Shown: piece by piece, positions 62,312 through 64,000 of the stretch
Numbering within the stretch: position 1 is the first letter of the stretch
Layout: each line of letters starts with the position of its first letter
DNA from: Escherichia phage AV123
Sequence record: OR352953.1
Length of the DNA stretch: 64,000 nt
Strand: one strand, 5' to 3'
Made by a program: the position numbers and the translations under genes
Notes under the pieces: generated by a model
Seen by the model: the letters and a program-made list of their open reading frames with translations, nothing else
What the model was told of the DNA's origin: nothing
Database searches by the model: none

Positions 62312-62581
62312 ATGTATACTTTAAAAGTAATTCGCAAGTTTCCTCAAGAAGAGGAAGTAAGAATTTATAACACCGTACCCTTCGTAGTAAATGAAGAAGA
62401 ATTCTTTTATTGCTTAGAAGATGAAGTAATTATTCAATATCATTGGGAAGGTTACGACAGACAAGATGGTGTTGTAGCTTCTGTGCTTGCTGGTGATAGA
62501 GTGTTATTCATTCACAAGACTGAATCAGCATATCTAATGAATGATAAAGGACAAACTGTTAAAGTAATTAACAGACCATAA
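62312..62581 (+). CDS. hypothetical protein (89 aa)
   Basis: in-frame ATG of track ORF 62258..62581 with CAGGAG RBS. Confidence 0.55.
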   Translation: MYTLKVIRKFPQEEEVRIYNTVPFVVNEEEFFYCLEDEVIIQYHWEGYDRQDGVVASVLAGDRVLFIHKTESAYLMNDKGQTVKVINRP

Positions 62582-62591
62582 AGAATTTTAT

Positions 62592-62620
62592 AAAAACCTC
62601 CTTTTTGGAGGTTTTTTATT
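62592..62620 (+). terminator. rho-independent terminator (AACCTCC-TTTT-GGAGGTT + TTTTTATT)
   Basis: stem-loop and T-run directly after stop 62581. Confidence 0.7.
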
Positions 62621-62687
62621 ATCTATAAAATAAAGATCTTTACAAAACGTATAAAATATGTTATCCTTAAGTAAGGAGGTGCATATT

Positions 62688-62978
62688 ATGCCTAAATTGA
62701 AAAGAGGTCGAGGTAGACCTACAGCCGAAATGCAACAGATTTATGCTATGGATGCTGCACAGGCGCAAGTAAAAGAAATTTTTGCTGGTCGTTATTTAGA
62801 TGCTATGCGTTACATTGCAGATCTTGTTGTAGATGAAAAGGCTTCTGCTAATATTAAGTTGACTGCTTCTAAGATCATCAAAGAACAAGTAGAAGAATGG
62901 CTGGAAGAACATTATGAATCTATGGAAGAAGAAGATATTCTTCCAGAAAATTCTCCCCCTCAAAAAATCGTTATCTAA
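62688..62978 (+). CDS. hypothetical protein with N-terminal KRGRGRP (AT-hook-like) motif (96 aa)
   Basis: in-frame ATG of track ORF 62658..62978 with AAGGAGG RBS. Confidence 0.55.
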   Translation: MPKLKRGRGRPTAEMQQIYAMDAAQAQVKEIFAGRYLDAMRYIADLVVDEKASANIKLTASKIIKEQVEEWLEEHYESMEEEDILPENSPPQKIVI

Positions 62979-63025
62979 TTCTCCTCTCTTGGGAACTTTG
63001 TTCCCCCTCTCCTTGTTAATTAACA

Positions 63026-63056
63026 CCCCTCTCCGAAAGGTTAGGGGGTTTTTTAT
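63026..63056 (+). terminator. rho-independent terminator (CCCCT...AGGGGG + TTTTTTATTTT)
   Basis: GC stem and long T-run after stop 62978. Confidence 0.6.
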
Positions 63057-63116
63057 TTTATACCTATTGCTTTTATATGTGTTTTTATGATATGATTAAT
63101 ACAGGAGGACTATAAA

Positions 63117-63290
63117 ATGAGAAACTATGTAGCTAAACACGATTTTAATAGGGCTTCTTATCACAGAGATAAGAAGAACAGTTATTCGCGTAAATGGGAT
63201 CTGGAGGAAGAGTTAGACTATGATTACAGAAGAACAATGGAAGGAGATTTTGGAGAATGCACAACCGATGGTAGTGAAGAAGATAGTTAA
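63117..63290 (+). CDS. hypothetical protein (57 aa)
   Basis: ATG with ACAGGAGGA RBS; not in track (<60 aa). Confidence 0.45.
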   Translation: MRNYVAKHDFNRASYHRDKKNSYSRKWDLEEELDYDYRRTMEGDFGECTTDGSEEDS

Positions 63291-63325
63291 TAATTCACCA
63301 AATCTGCCTAAAGTAAAATTTAAAG

Positions 63326-63757
63326 ATGATGATACTGACTATGTTAATAAACCTACTGAAGAATAAATGGGTTAGGTATTTTGTTCTTATTATAGCACTG
63401 TTTGGTGGTTTGTATGTTGGTTTAAACAAATTACACGATGATGTGTATGCACAAGGCTACAACGCAGGTGTTGCTAAACAAGAACAAATATTACAACAAA
63501 ACCAAATTAAAGCAAAACAGCAATTCGATATCTTACAAGCAAAAGCAGATTCAGAAAGATCTAAATTGAATGAAAAAATTCATTCATTAACGAAAGAAAG
63601 AAATGATCTTCTTACACAACTGGATAAGAAGAGCAATAACATAACACAAGAGAGAATAGATTATGCGAAAACATCTTCTGGCGCTATGTCTTGTTTTAGC
63701 CCTAATGATGACGGGTTGCGCATCATCAACAACAGCTTCCCAGCCTCTACTGATTGA
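63326..63757 (+). CDS. candidate i-spanin (Rz-like): N-terminal TM helix plus coiled-coil periplasmic domain
   Basis: track ORF; VRYFVLIIALFGGLYVGL TM segment then Q/K/E-rich heptad-like region; true start may be an internal ATG. Confidence 0.5.
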   Translation: MMILTMLINLLKNKWVRYFVLIIALFGGLYVGLNKLHDDVYAQGYNAGVAKQEQILQQNQIKAKQQFDILQAKADSERSKLNEKIHSLTKERNDLLTQLDKKSNNITQERIDYAKTSSGAMSCFSPNDDGLRIINNSFPASTD

Positions 63758-63992
63758 GCAGTGTAAAGCTGTAGCAACACAACAAATAAAAGCCCCTGAT
63801 TCTGTCAGTATGGAAAAACCCTCTACCCCTGTTTTATATACCCCTAATCAAATAAAGAAAGGAGTTACAAGATCAGAGGTAGTTGATAATCAAACTTTAA
63901 ACAACGCTTTGTGGGAAAAAGATAGGATAAAACTTATCAGTTTACAAAACTATATTAAAACATTACAAAGTGAAGGAATAATTTCTAATTAG
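63663..63992 (+). CDS. candidate o-spanin (Rz1-like lipoprotein) overlapping the i-spanin gene out of frame
   Basis: track ORF; signal plus lipobox-like LALMMTGC; starts ~95 nt before the stop of 63326..63757 in another frame. Confidence 0.5.
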   Translation: MRKHLLALCLVLALMMTGCASSTTASQPLLIEQCKAVATQQIKAPDSVSMEKPSTPVLYTPNQIKKGVTRSEVVDNQTLNNALWEKDRIKLISLQNYIKTLQSEGIISN

Positions 63993-64000
63993 GAGGAGAT

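Overview
This window reads as a stretch of a T4-like (Tevenvirinae-type) lytic myovirus genome; that identification is an inference from gene content and order, not from any database search. All calls were made by eye from the sequence and the supplied ORF track, so self-derived coordinates (tRNAs, hairpins, promoters, adjusted starts) may be off by 1-2 nt, and the track itself uses GTG/TTG as well as ATG starts.

The window falls into five blocks:
- **1-6316 (+ strand):** about 19 small early-type genes, eight of them preceded by a repeated cassette of sigma70-like promoter, near-identical GC hairpin and an AAGAG/GAGG-type ribosome-binding site (RBS).
- **6317-7956:** an AT-rich noncoding region with nested hairpins, direct repeats and Fur-box-like motifs.
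- **7957-19700 (+ strand):** about 37 small genes with canonical AGGAG RBSs, including three diverged paralogue families.
- **19800-55260 (- strand):** a large accessory and nucleotide-metabolism block: Sir2-like protein, two orphan DNA methyltransferases, serine recombinase, HslV-like peptidase, PhoH, T4-type lysozyme, glutaredoxin, a complete rmlABCD dTDP-L-rhamnose operon, NrdA/NrdB, ThyX, thymidine kinase, an HNH endonuclease, replication/repair nucleases, DNA ligase, and a split kinase / RNA-ligase / phosphoesterase RNA-repair cassette.
- **55369-63992 (+ strand):** an adjacent Prs-like and NAMPT-like gene pair, a tRNA array of about 16 canonical tRNAs plus several atypical tRNA-like RNAs, and an overlapping spanin pair.

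The strongest candidate for an unusual system is the Prs-like/NAMPT-like pair, which matches the architecture described for the phage NAD+ reconstitution pathway NARP1 (Adps + Namat). The Sir2-like gene, the rml operon, the promoter-hairpin cassette array and the atypical tRNA-like RNAs are the other items most worth follow-up. No CRISPR array, rRNA or integrase/att structure was seen.
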